The translations under genes were made by a program, and so were the position numbers. Positions 7,646 through 16,650 of a DNA stretch of 25,169 bases are shown piece after piece (position 1 is the stretch's first letter; every line of letters begins with the position of its first letter). The stretch is from a virus (lineage: Duplodnaviria; Caudoviricetes), in IMG/VR virus record IMGVR_UViG_3300016665_000628, positions 1-25,169 of that record; one strand, written 5' to 3'. Below the pieces are notes generated by a model. The model was not told the origin of the DNA. It did not search any database and worked only from the letters and a program-made list of their open reading frames with translations.

Positions 7646-10139
7646 GTATACGCCACACGTTACGTACGGGTTAACAGCAGGCGTAATGGCCGGCGTTCCG
7701 GGGAGCGACTACGTCGCCCCGGCACTCGGGGCTGTTGGTAATGCCTTTGACCTGCCCGGAAGTTCGGTGCGGGATTTGTTGGTTGGAGAAAACCCGTTTG
7801 ATCAATACGCGTCTCCGTTGTCGGGGGAAAACCGAGTCACGGGTCGTGATGTTCTGGACCGGTGGGGTATAACCGCACCAAATAAGGAAACCGGCATATC
7901 CGGCTGGCTTGACGACCCGATGGAGGGACTGCGAGATCTGGCCGGTTTTGGCGTTGAAATTCTGACAGACCCGCTGAACTTCGGGGTGGTTTCCAAGCTG
8001 GCAAAAATGTTTCGTAGTGGTAAAGCCGCAGCAGCGCACAATGCTGCGTTAGAAGCGCTTCAACGAAACCCGGAACGCCAACGCCTCGGGCAACAAATGA
8101 CCGAAGCTTTTGGTGAGGCGGGCGATCATACGATGACGTTGCTGGATGCTGCAACGATACACAATAAGCGGGATCCTAATCTGGTTTATGGCGGTGTGAC
8201 TGCTAAGCACTTAGAGCGTGCGGTTGCAGGAGTTGCGGCGGCAACGGCGGTTGGTCAGCAGATGATGGATTCACCACTGCAGCAGCCTGCAGTACCCCGC
8301 CCTCGGTTAATGCAGGATGAAGCACGGGCGTTGTTCTCCGGACAGATCGACCAGGATGAGTACAACCGCCTGATGGATGAGACAGGCAGGTCCCCGACCC
8401 CGCGATCAGAGGCGCACCTGTTTGAACTCCGCGACCGCATGCCTCCAGCGTTTGCCAACAGCCCGGAGCGGATCGCAGCCAAGGGCCTGGACGACCTAAC
8501 CCCGGTGGTCGGAAAACCTATCGGAGCGAGACTCGATATCAATGAGTACCGTAAGGGGAACCCCGTTGTCACGCTGCACGGTGCTGACGACTTGAGTTAC
8601 GCTCGAGCCGTTCAGATCTTGCCGGACGAAAACGGTCGTGTAAACTTCGGGCTTGTTGGTTCAAACAAAACCGCCGTCAACACCCCGCTCGATGAGTACC
8701 GGTTTTCAGCCGGCTCTCGAGGCCCTGCCGCAGTCGCTGCAGGGGAAGCAAGCAAAAACTCGTGGGCTGTGGTGACAGGCCGCGTCGGTAATTTAACGTC
8801 GCCAAATCAGGTGCTTACTGAGATTCAAGCAAAAATGCGGGATCCGCAGTGGCGGCAGGTTGGGTACAACCCGGAGCGGCACTCCTACTTCTATCTGTCT
8901 GACGACCACCGGTCGCGTGTTGTCGATGCTGACGAGGTACTGCAGTTCGGGGACTTTGTGCTTGCGAAAAACCCTCGTACTGAGATCATGTCGTCCCAAG
9001 GCGTACGGGATCGACTGGCAGCGGCTGGGTTGAGCCCGGACGAGTCCGACCCGCGGATGTTGTACCAGTCGCCATTAAATCCGCAGAACACTCCGATGGA
9101 CGATAAGAATTGGGTGTTTGTTCACGGAGGTGGTAACTGGCGGGATTTTGACAGGAGCTTTCTGGGGTCCGGAGAACCCGGCGGAATACGTCCTCTGGGG
9201 GAGGGGTTGTACGGGTACGCAGCCAGAAACGACGAAGAATTGTTGAGAGCTATTTCAGGCGCTAAGGTGTACGCCAACAAGTACGGAGGGGGCGACCCTC
9301 AAATACACTTGTTTTCTGTACAACCCCCGGTAGGACATACGTCGTGGGCGGGGCAACACGCTCCGGATCACCTATTTACCGACGTACAAAAACGTATTCA
9401 AGACATGTACGAATACGCAAACTCTCTCCCTGCCGGAAGCGAACGATCGGCTGCGTTTGATAAAGCCAGAAGGTTCAGTGACGCAAATAAAGTGGACTAT
9501 AGGCTAAGAGCAGAATCGCTCCCGCCTCAAGGCGACGGGGTTCCAGGGCTTATTGAGGCCGCAGTCCACGACCCCTCGTTGCTCAACAGAATAGGTATGG
9601 CTCCGGCCAACACGCCAAACGAAGAAATAGCAAGGTTGTTGACCGGGTTGAGCCCGGACGAGTCCGACCCCAACTTCTACATGCAGTCGCCGATCGAAAG
9701 CCAATTACCTCGAGGTGCTACGCAGTTTACGCCAGAGGGTACTACGCTGATGGCGTTTGAGCCGGACCCGTCAACAGCACCGCACGAGATGGCGCACTAC
9801 ATGCGTCGCAGGTTTATGCCGGGCAATCCGTGGTCCAGAGACCGTGAGGAGGCGTTTGCCGGGGGTTTTGAGAACTACTTGGCCACAACGCAGACCAGCA
9901 GCCCGGCGATGTCCAAAGCGTTTGAGTACTTTAACAATCAAATACCGAAGGTGTACGATCCGCAGATGGGGTACAGGAACCTTCCTGCGAGGGGTGGGTA
10001 CGACTACAACGAACTGCTAGGTGTCAGCTCTACGGAGTCTCCGCTTGACCCGAAAAGAGTTCCTGATCTCGCCACCCCGGCGGGTCTTGCACTGGCTCGC
10101 AACCTGCTGGCCCGGTTTAGCCAAAACGGTGGTCTATGA
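7614..10139 (+). CDS. polyvalent (multi-effector) phage protein: unknown domain, ADP-ribosyltransferase-like domain and zincin metallopeptidase-like domain
   Basis: ART-like VFVH(504)GG..FD.SFLGSGE...GEGLY(533)GY..AKVYA...IE(648)AAVHDP. HEMAH (9783-9797) with downstream EEAFAGGFENYL. N-terminus resembles internal virion/ejection proteins (GFGVEILTDPLNF). Confidence 0.7.
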   Translation: MLRNLLTQSHRYTPHVTYGLTAGVMAGVPGSDYVAPALGAVGNAFDLPGSSVRDLLVGENPFDQYASPLSGENRVTGRDVLDRWGITAPNKETGISGWLDDPMEGLRDLAGFGVEILTDPLNFGVVSKLAKMFRSGKAAAAHNAALEALQRNPERQRLGQQMTEAFGEAGDHTMTLLDAATIHNKRDPNLVYGGVTAKHLERAVAGVAAATAVGQQMMDSPLQQPAVPRPRLMQDEARALFSGQIDQDEYNRLMDETGRSPTPRSEAHLFELRDRMPPAFANSPERIAAKGLDDLTPVVGKPIGARLDINEYRKGNPVVTLHGADDLSYARAVQILPDENGRVNFGLVGSNKTAVNTPLDEYRFSAGSRGPAAVAAGEASKNSWAVVTGRVGNLTSPNQVLTEIQAKMRDPQWRQVGYNPERHSYFYLSDDHRSRVVDADEVLQFGDFVLAKNPRTEIMSSQGVRDRLAAAGLSPDESDPRMLYQSPLNPQNTPMDDKNWVFVHGGGNWRDFDRSFLGSGEPGGIRPLGEGLYGYAARNDEELLRAISGAKVYANKYGGGDPQIHLFSVQPPVGHTSWAGQHAPDHLFTDVQKRIQDMYEYANSLPAGSERSAAFDKARRFSDANKVDYRLRAESLPPQGDGVPGLIEAAVHDPSLLNRIGMAPANTPNEEIARLLTGLSPDESDPNFYMQSPIESQLPRGATQFTPEGTTLMAFEPDPSTAPHEMAHYMRRRFMPGNPWSRDREEAFAGGFENYLATTQTSSPAMSKAFEYFNNQIPKVYDPQMGYRNLPARGGYDYNELLGVSSTESPLDPKRVPDLATPAGLALARNLLARFSQNGGL
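9027..9052 (+). repeat. 26-nt direct repeat, copy 1
   Basis: GGGTTGAGCCCGGACGAGTCCGACCC, identical to 9645-9670. Confidence 0.95.
9645..9670 (+). repeat. 26-nt direct repeat, copy 2
   Basis: GGGTTGAGCCCGGACGAGTCCGACCC, 618 nt (206 codons) after copy 1, in the same frame. Confidence 0.95.
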
Positions 10140-11869
10140 CAGCCCATCTCACGCAAGCCCTGCAGGCCGCAGCACGGTTGGTTCAACGCAGTAATGACGG
10201 CCTTGAACTGTTCCGACCGACAGCGTATCAAGAACCTGTCGTTTTATCTAAGGCGACGGAGCATTTAGTTCAAGGCGGTACGCGATCCGGTAAAAGCACT
10301 ATTGTTGCGGCCATTATTGCGGCGTATGCTCGCAACAGACAGATCGTGTTTTCGGACGGCTCTCGCCACGACATCCGCGAACGTGCCTGGGCCAACAGAC
10401 CGGTAACTGTTTGGCTTGTGGGCCTGCAGCTGAACCACATCGGGCAGACGCTGTATCGACTGCTGCGCAAGCCCGGTGCGTACGATTGCGTAAAAGACCC
10501 TGTAACAGGAAAACTCCGTGCGTGGCAACCCGGTGTTGTTCCCGGGGATGACCAGATAGGACCTGACGGAAGAGTACCGGCACCCCCTCTAATACCAGAC
10601 GAAGAAGTTGTTGACGAAACATGGGAGAACAAGGCGGAGCACAAGCTGACAAGCATGACTCTGCGCAACGGGTCTGTCATATACGCGTATGCGTCCACGG
10701 CCAAAGTAAAACGCGGAGACCCAGTCAACATACTGTGGATCGATGAAGAGATTCAGTTTTCTGAGTACTACGCAGAGTGGCAGAGCCGTCTTAGTGACCG
10801 CAAGGGTCGCATGTACTGGACAAGCTGGCCTGATCTAAAAACCCCAGCATTGTTGCGGCTTTGTGACCGAGCAAAGGCTCAAGCGAGAGAGGTCGCGAGG
10901 CGGGAGAGACCCGCGGCAGACGTTGTTCGCTTCGTGTTTGTGGGCTCAAACTCACCGTTTATCGACAAGGAAGAAATCCGTAAACGATCTGAGGGTTGGT
11001 CTGAGGCTGAGAGAATGGCTCGAGACCTCGGCGAATTTCCAACAGGCGGGATTCTGGCATATCCGGAGTTCAACGAAGAACTGCACGTGGTCGAGTACTC
11101 GGAAGACTCGGGTTTGAATGACCGCGTGACGGAAGTCATGCGAAGGCTGAACGGTACTGTGCCGGACGACTGGCCTGTTGACCTCATACTCGACCCTGGT
11201 ACGACCAGTCCGGCGGTGTTGTGGTGCGCCATTCCAACCCCGGATTACTGGGACGGCGGCTTGCCGTACTACGTTGTGTATCGAGAGATGAACATCCCTC
11301 GAGTTGACGCACGCGACATGGCGGTGCGAATCCGGGCCGTTGAACCAACGCGAACGTATGCACGGTTTATCATTGACAAAAAGGCTGGAGCCCAGACGCC
11401 AATGGGGTTTGCGTGGAAGGTCTCACAGCAATACTCGCAGGAGTTCCGTGCTGTCGGTGTGCGTAACTTGATGACCGGGTTTGAGTTCATGCCTAGCGAG
11501 CATGTGTGGGCTGTGCGAACGTTGAAACTCCGTGCGTGGATGCGTGGCAGGTTGGAGTGTCCGAGGCCCCAGCTCAGGATATTCGCTCGACAATGTCCGA
11601 AACTGTTAGAGCAGTTGAAGAGTATCCGCAAAACTATCCGGCGGGATGAGGTGCAGGACAAGATTGCCGAAGGCCAAGTCCATGACGTGCTGGATACGCT
11701 GGAGTACTGGGCGGGGTCCGACCCCACGTTTCGTCTCATAAACCCCGGTGCGCGTGACAGTCCTGGCTTGCGTATGTTTGAGGAAGACGCTAGATTTTGG
11801 CAAGGTTTGTCCGGAGTTCGTTCTACGGATAGACAGATGATCACTCTTGGTGCTCCGGGGGCTGTATGA
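10136..11869 (+). CDS. terL: terminase large subunit
   Basis: PTAYQ adenine-binding motif, Walker A QGGTRSGKS, Walker B ILWIDEE, RNase H-like nuclease residues LILDPG...FIID...HDVLDTLEY. ATGA overlaps at both ends. Confidence 0.95.
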   Translation: MTAHLTQALQAAARLVQRSNDGLELFRPTAYQEPVVLSKATEHLVQGGTRSGKSTIVAAIIAAYARNRQIVFSDGSRHDIRERAWANRPVTVWLVGLQLNHIGQTLYRLLRKPGAYDCVKDPVTGKLRAWQPGVVPGDDQIGPDGRVPAPPLIPDEEVVDETWENKAEHKLTSMTLRNGSVIYAYASTAKVKRGDPVNILWIDEEIQFSEYYAEWQSRLSDRKGRMYWTSWPDLKTPALLRLCDRAKAQAREVARRERPAADVVRFVFVGSNSPFIDKEEIRKRSEGWSEAERMARDLGEFPTGGILAYPEFNEELHVVEYSEDSGLNDRVTEVMRRLNGTVPDDWPVDLILDPGTTSPAVLWCAIPTPDYWDGGLPYYVVYREMNIPRVDARDMAVRIRAVEPTRTYARFIIDKKAGAQTPMGFAWKVSQQYSQEFRAVGVRNLMTGFEFMPSEHVWAVRTLKLRAWMRGRLECPRPQLRIFARQCPKLLEQLKSIRKTIRRDEVQDKIAEGQVHDVLDTLEYWAGSDPTFRLINPGARDSPGLRMFEEDARFWQGLSGVRSTDRQMITLGAPGAV

Positions 11870-12183
11870 GACCTGACGTTCTATCACGTACTTACGCTGT
11901 AGCATTGCCCGACAAATCCGTTCAACAGGTGCCTGTCACACTGGGGGATACGGTATGGTACTTTTGGAGAGGCGACACCAAGGCCCGACCATCGATCGCA
12001 ATAGTCAACGAGTTGTGTGACCAAGGGCAGCTGGACTTGACGGTGTGGGACAAAGCCGGAAACACTTGGGTGTCGAAAACAGGCGTGTGCATACACGGCG
12101 ACTTTCGCCTGACAAATCCAAACGTGCTTCAGAGAGGAGTGTGGCTGCCTCGCGCGATGTGGCCACAGCTGATTGAAGAATGA
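11866..12183 (+). CDS. hypothetical phage protein (small, beta-rich)
   Basis: ATGA-coupled to both TerL and portal; VTLGDTVWYF...AIV...LDLTVW pattern. Confidence 0.7.
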   Translation: MRPDVLSRTYAVALPDKSVQQVPVTLGDTVWYFWRGDTKARPSIAIVNELCDQGQLDLTVWDKAGNTWVSKTGVCIHGDFRLTNPNVLQRGVWLPRAMWPQLIEE

Positions 12184-14336
12184 TTACGGTTGAGCAGGTA
12201 CAGCGAGCGTTGTTAGCCCCCCTGGTGACACAGTGGGTGGCCAGACTCGAGTCGGCAAAGGCCGCTAAGAGCCGGTTTGATCTATGCGCTAAGCTGTGTC
12301 GGAAGTTTTACGGGTCAGACCCCGGTGCTCAGTGGGGCGAAGAAGTACGTCGAGAGTTTTATCCGCAGGTCCCCAAGCCTCAGTTTGCCATAAGCATCAA
12401 CAAGGCTTTTGAGCTTGTATCCGTGATCGGCCCGAGCCTGATCTGGAGATACCCGAAACGTCAAGTGCGGTCTATCAAACCCCCCTCCCAGACGGCAATT
12501 CTGCAACAAGTGCTTGGGGTTCAGGACGAGCAGTTTCTGCAGCAGATGCAGGCCGCGGAGCAGTTGCAAAACACGGCGGCAGAAACTCGTGACCAGATAG
12601 CAGAGCGTGTGCTGAACTACATGCTCGATTCGCATCCTACCGGTACGGCACTGTCAGAGGCTCAGCTGGTGGTACAGGATGCGTTGGTGACGGGGTTGGG
12701 GCTGTTGTGGACAGAAACCTACACAGATCGTGCAGACGGCGCTCCGATGATCGCATCGTTTGCCGGCAGGCAGGACGAGTTGCTGATAGACCCGGATTGC
12801 CGGGACGCTACACGAGCCACTGCTAAGTGGATCTCGCGGACGCACGTTGAGCCTGCATGGGTTGTCGAGCGGAGGTTTGGCTACCCGCCGGGGTATCTAG
12901 CGGGCAAGGGTACTTCGGCGAGTGCTGAGTGGGCGTGGCAGCAGAGCCAGACTCAGCAGGGTCACCGCATGTATCATGACATGGTTGAGTGGCATGAGGT
13001 GTGGAGCTGCGGCGGTGTTGGTGTCCGCGTCCACGGTATCGACCCGACACTGGCACAAGCCATCGACGAAGTTGCCGGCGAGTATTGCTACATTGCGTTC
13101 ACAAAGAACCTGCCCCATCCGCTGAACCTCCCTCCGACCTTGGTGGAGCAGGCTCCGCCGGAGATGATTCGAGAAGCTTTGCGGTGGCGTACATCCCGGT
13201 TTGGGTCGGTCTTCGAATGCTGGAAAGATCGTAAATGGCCGTGTGAATTTTTGGATTTCTACCCGTTGAGTGGCAGTCCGTGGCCCATCGCACCGCTGGC
13301 TCCGGGCCTGCCATATTTGCTGGCAATGAACATCTTGCTGGTAAGCCACCTGCAGCTGTCTTACGACCGCCGGCGAGATATAATCGGCGTTTATGAGCAC
13401 ATGGCGCAGCAGGTAAACGAGGCGTTGAACTCCGAGTCCACCCCCTGCGTGATCAAACTCACGTCGGCAGCGCAGCAGTCCATCTCTGAAGTGATGACGT
13501 ACTTGCAGAGGCCAGCTGTCGGTGGTGATTTGCTGCAATGGGTCGAGTATTTAGATAGGCAGTTCCAGAAAGCCACGGGTTTGGACGACCTGAGTTACGG
13601 GATTAGCACAAAGCAATCGCGCGTCGTAGCCGACGTGCAGCTGAGGCAGCAAAAGAGTGCCGTCCGGCCTGATAAGATGGCCGAGGACACCGCGGAATTC
13701 CTGCGTCGAGTAGCTCTGAAGGAGCTGTGGCTGACTGTCATGTACGCAGACGGCAGATCTCTCACCCCGTTACTGGGCCCTTACGGCGCTCAAGTATGGG
13801 AGCAACAAATCAAAACAATGCCGTTTGAGTTGATGATCAAACAGTTCACAACTGACGTCGAGGTCACCGAAATGCGGCGACCGGATAACGACAAAGAGAT
13901 CTCCGACCACGAGCGGATACTGCCGTTCTTGCTGCCTGTACTGCAATCGTATTCGCAGGTTACCGGAGACACCACGCCGCTAAACAACTTATTGCAGCGA
14001 TACTTCACCGCCATGCAGTTGCGGGATCCAGGGGCTTTTGCAATGCAGTCGTGGGCCCAGCAGCAGCCGGACCCCGCAGTTACTCAGATGCAGACAGCTC
14101 TCGGCCAAGCCCAGCTCCAGAAGCTGGCCGCAGACACCGAAGAAACGCGAGCAAAAACCGCCGCCAGACTTATCGATGCAAATTACAAATCTCAGGGGGC
14201 TACAGCTCCTGCAATGCAGCGTATGAGGTTTGCCGAACTCGAACATGCTCAACGGATGCGGCAGCAGGACGAAGCCCATATTCAGCAGTTACTGTTTACT
14301 CAAGAGCAATCGGAGGCCAAGCGACGTGTCCAATAA
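12180..14336 (+). CDS. portal protein (large, P22-like)
   Basis: 718 aa, follows TerL. INKAFELV, DALVTGLGLLW, ELLIDPDC..AKWI segments and a Gln-rich helical C-terminus reminiscent of the P22 portal barrel. Confidence 0.85.
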   Translation: MITVEQVQRALLAPLVTQWVARLESAKAAKSRFDLCAKLCRKFYGSDPGAQWGEEVRREFYPQVPKPQFAISINKAFELVSVIGPSLIWRYPKRQVRSIKPPSQTAILQQVLGVQDEQFLQQMQAAEQLQNTAAETRDQIAERVLNYMLDSHPTGTALSEAQLVVQDALVTGLGLLWTETYTDRADGAPMIASFAGRQDELLIDPDCRDATRATAKWISRTHVEPAWVVERRFGYPPGYLAGKGTSASAEWAWQQSQTQQGHRMYHDMVEWHEVWSCGGVGVRVHGIDPTLAQAIDEVAGEYCYIAFTKNLPHPLNLPPTLVEQAPPEMIREALRWRTSRFGSVFECWKDRKWPCEFLDFYPLSGSPWPIAPLAPGLPYLLAMNILLVSHLQLSYDRRRDIIGVYEHMAQQVNEALNSESTPCVIKLTSAAQQSISEVMTYLQRPAVGGDLLQWVEYLDRQFQKATGLDDLSYGISTKQSRVVADVQLRQQKSAVRPDKMAEDTAEFLRRVALKELWLTVMYADGRSLTPLLGPYGAQVWEQQIKTMPFELMIKQFTTDVEVTEMRRPDNDKEISDHERILPFLLPVLQSYSQVTGDTTPLNNLLQRYFTAMQLRDPGAFAMQSWAQQQPDPAVTQMQTALGQAQLQKLAADTEETRAKTAARLIDANYKSQGATAPAMQRMRFAELEHAQRMRQQDEAHIQQLLFTQEQSEAKRRVQ

Positions 14337-14982
14337 ACCCCCACAGCGTTTTTCTGATAGGCGAGAACAGTCCGAATGGGAGGCCGTCTGGGAGGCAGGT
14401 CCACAGGCGGTCGAGCTGTTTGACCGGATTGTCGCAAGCGAGGGTGTGCGGATGGCTGCTATGCTGGCGTGTCGAAGACCCCCGACGACGGGTGTTGACG
14501 ACCGGATGGTCATGGCGAACCACGGCAGTGTAGAGAAGACGTTTCAGGGGTGTCCGGAGATGTTGGCCCTGTACCGCAAGAACTACCGGCAGGTCACAGG
14601 AGAGGACTTACCTTCGGACGCTGTGGTTTATCGCAGTCTGGTAGAGTACCCCGGCGACCCGAGAGCAATCGTCACACACAAGAACTCACTGCAGTCTGTG
14701 CAGGAGTATGCTCGAGACCGGGGGCGTGATGTCGAGGGCGACTGGGAGGTCACAGGGAGGCAAGTTGCGCCAACGCCACAAGTGGTTCGGATGGCTCCGG
14801 ACATTGTGCAGAGATACGTGCAGGAGTACCGCGAAGAGCAGCCAGACAATTACCGTAATGCTTCCGATGCGGATTTGCGTGAAGAGGTGATCCACAACCA
14901 CTCCAAACTGGTGACAGCTGACGACGTGAGAAACGCCCCTACGTCACTGGAGGAGTGTGCTAAGGTTTTCAGAAATGCTTAG
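14326..14982 (+). CDS. hypothetical phage protein
   Basis: GGAGG at 14312 precedes an in-frame GTG at 14326 that overlaps the portal stop; the ORF track starts at 14230. Confidence 0.7.
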   Translation: MSNKPPQRFSDRREQSEWEAVWEAGPQAVELFDRIVASEGVRMAAMLACRRPPTTGVDDRMVMANHGSVEKTFQGCPEMLALYRKNYRQVTGEDLPSDAVVYRSLVEYPGDPRAIVTHKNSLQSVQEYARDRGRDVEGDWEVTGRQVAPTPQVVRMAPDIVQRYVQEYREEQPDNYRNASDADLREEVIHNHSKLVTADDVRNAPTSLEECAKVFRNA

Positions 14983-16129
14983 TTTCGCCGACGTCATGAG
15001 CTTCATGGCTACGCAGCTGGACACACTGCTGTCGGGCAGCTTGGAACAGCGCGTAAAAAACGCTGTCAATATTGCGTGGCATAGACTGCACACACTGGCG
15101 GTGTGGGTGTATTTTCAACGCAGCGGAGTCCTGCGGCTGTATCCGGGGCAGAAAACAGGCACCGCATCGTTCTCTGTAGCAACCGGTTATGTCACACTCA
15201 CGGGAGCTACGTTTCCGGCCACCGCAGCCGTGCAGCACATATTGATTGACAGAACCTGGTACCCTGTGTTTCGGCGGTTGAGCGACACGCAGGTTGAGTT
15301 GTACCCCCAATCCCGGCCCGCCGAGGACTTGACGAATGTGGCGTACGTCCTGCAACAGATGCTGTACCCGCTGCCGACCGAGGTCAGTGATGTGATGGTG
15401 GTGTATGAGGGACAACAAAACATCCGGCTGTGGCGGGTGTCGCCAACAACCGCGTTTCAAATTCAAGAGGGTTTTTCTTGGTCGCCCGCCCTTCCGACAC
15501 AATACTCTATTTTCGTTGACCCGAGGCACCCCGGTAAGTGGTGCTTGTGGATTCCGTGCGAAATCTACAACGCCACTGAACTGGCGTATCTGTACCAAGC
15601 TCGGAGACCAGACAACATGCTCGTCCGAGAATCTCGTGGCACTGTGAGCGTGACGAACGGAGTCGCCACGTTCTCTGACGCTGTAGTAACACCGGCGTTT
15701 GTTGGTGCTGTACTTCGTCTGTCGGCCAGCTCGACAACACCGCCTGTTGGTCAGTACGGAGATTATGCACAAGATCCGTCTGTGTCGGAAACTCCGGTGT
15801 CTGAGATGCTGGTAACCGCATATCTTTCGGCGACGCAGGTGCGCGTGTCTGATCCGGCAGCGACAATCACGTCTGCGGCGTTTGTGGCGTCAAGTCACAT
15901 CGACGTAGCTGGTGGTGCCATGCAGAATCTGGTGTTCCGTTTGGCCGAGGACGAGTACGGGACCAGACCAGTTGGAAACCACAGCGAGAAGCTAGTCACA
16001 AAAAGCGCGTTGGCAGACGCCGTTCGCGAAGCGTTAGCAGCGGACAACCGGAATGTGGTGAACATGCGGAGTGAGTTGCAGTATTGGTATGGCCTGCGGC
16101 TGAAAGACCTCGGATATGTCAGTACCTGA
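14957..16129 (+). CDS. putative head-tail adaptor protein
   Basis: Position after the portal. N-terminal helices (VKNAVNIAWHRL...W), YPLP.E, and PTQYSI...LWIP...LAYLYQARRP, as in gp4/gp11/gp15-type adaptors. Alternative ATG at 14975. Confidence 0.55.
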   Translation: MLRFSEMLSFADVMSFMATQLDTLLSGSLEQRVKNAVNIAWHRLHTLAVWVYFQRSGVLRLYPGQKTGTASFSVATGYVTLTGATFPATAAVQHILIDRTWYPVFRRLSDTQVELYPQSRPAEDLTNVAYVLQQMLYPLPTEVSDVMVVYEGQQNIRLWRVSPTTAFQIQEGFSWSPALPTQYSIFVDPRHPGKWCLWIPCEIYNATELAYLYQARRPDNMLVRESRGTVSVTNGVATFSDAVVTPAFVGAVLRLSASSTTPPVGQYGDYAQDPSVSETPVSEMLVTAYLSATQVRVSDPAATITSAAFVASSHIDVAGGAMQNLVFRLAEDEYGTRPVGNHSEKLVTKSALADAVREALAADNRNVVNMRSELQYWYGLRLKDLGYVST

Positions 16130-16649
16130 GACCAGGATCCTCGACCGCACGGTCGCTCTGCTCAAGCAGATGGCGGCGAACAACGTGTTCGCACCGCGAG
16201 CGGGGGAGCGTTGCAGGCAGGTACACCCTTCGGCGATCCGGTCGTTTCGGGTGTTGGAAGGCTCAGAACAAACGCGCACTGCGGCAGGTGTGGCAAACAT
16301 CCCGTTGCCAGCGATACTGGTGAGTCTTATGCCAGTTGACACGACAAACCAAGGTGTGTCAACTGCGGACGACGAGGTCGTCCGTGTTGTTGTGTTGATC
16401 GTGGAAAACAGTCCGCAGAGCAACCAGTCGCAGACGGCGACGTTTCAATACTGGCAGTCTGCGATTCGGCAAGCATTGCTGGCAACACCAAATCCTTTCT
16501 TGCAAGATGCAGCGGCGTCTGAGTATGATCCCTATGTAGTCACCATCGTCAAACGTACGCAGGCGGACCCGGCGTCTTTTATTAGGTCTGCACAAGTGGT
16601 TGCTCAATTAGTGTTTCAGGTAATGGTGCGTCACCCGAGAGGAGCCTAA
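16116..16649 (+). CDS. putative tail terminator/completion protein
   Basis: 177 aa immediately before the tail-tube-like gene; LPAILVS...VVRVVVLIV...LVFQVMVR alpha/beta pattern. Confidence 0.45.
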   Translation: MSVPETRILDRTVALLKQMAANNVFAPRAGERCRQVHPSAIRSFRVLEGSEQTRTAAGVANIPLPAILVSLMPVDTTNQGVSTADDEVVRVVVLIVENSPQSNQSQTATFQYWQSAIRQALLATPNPFLQDAAASEYDPYVVTIVKRTQADPASFIRSAQVVAQLVFQVMVRHPRGA

Positions 16650-16650
16650 C

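Noticed and set aside
9027-9670. Repeat pair as a DGR template/variable repeat or IS target-site duplication
   Set aside because: The copies are identical with no adenine-specific differences, there is no reverse transcriptase or transposase, and the insert has no terminal inverted repeats.
10470-10600. Pro/Gly-rich insertion in the TerL ATPase domain as a possible intein
   Set aside because: Only about 40 aa, with no intein splice motifs (no C-terminal HN followed by C/S/T).
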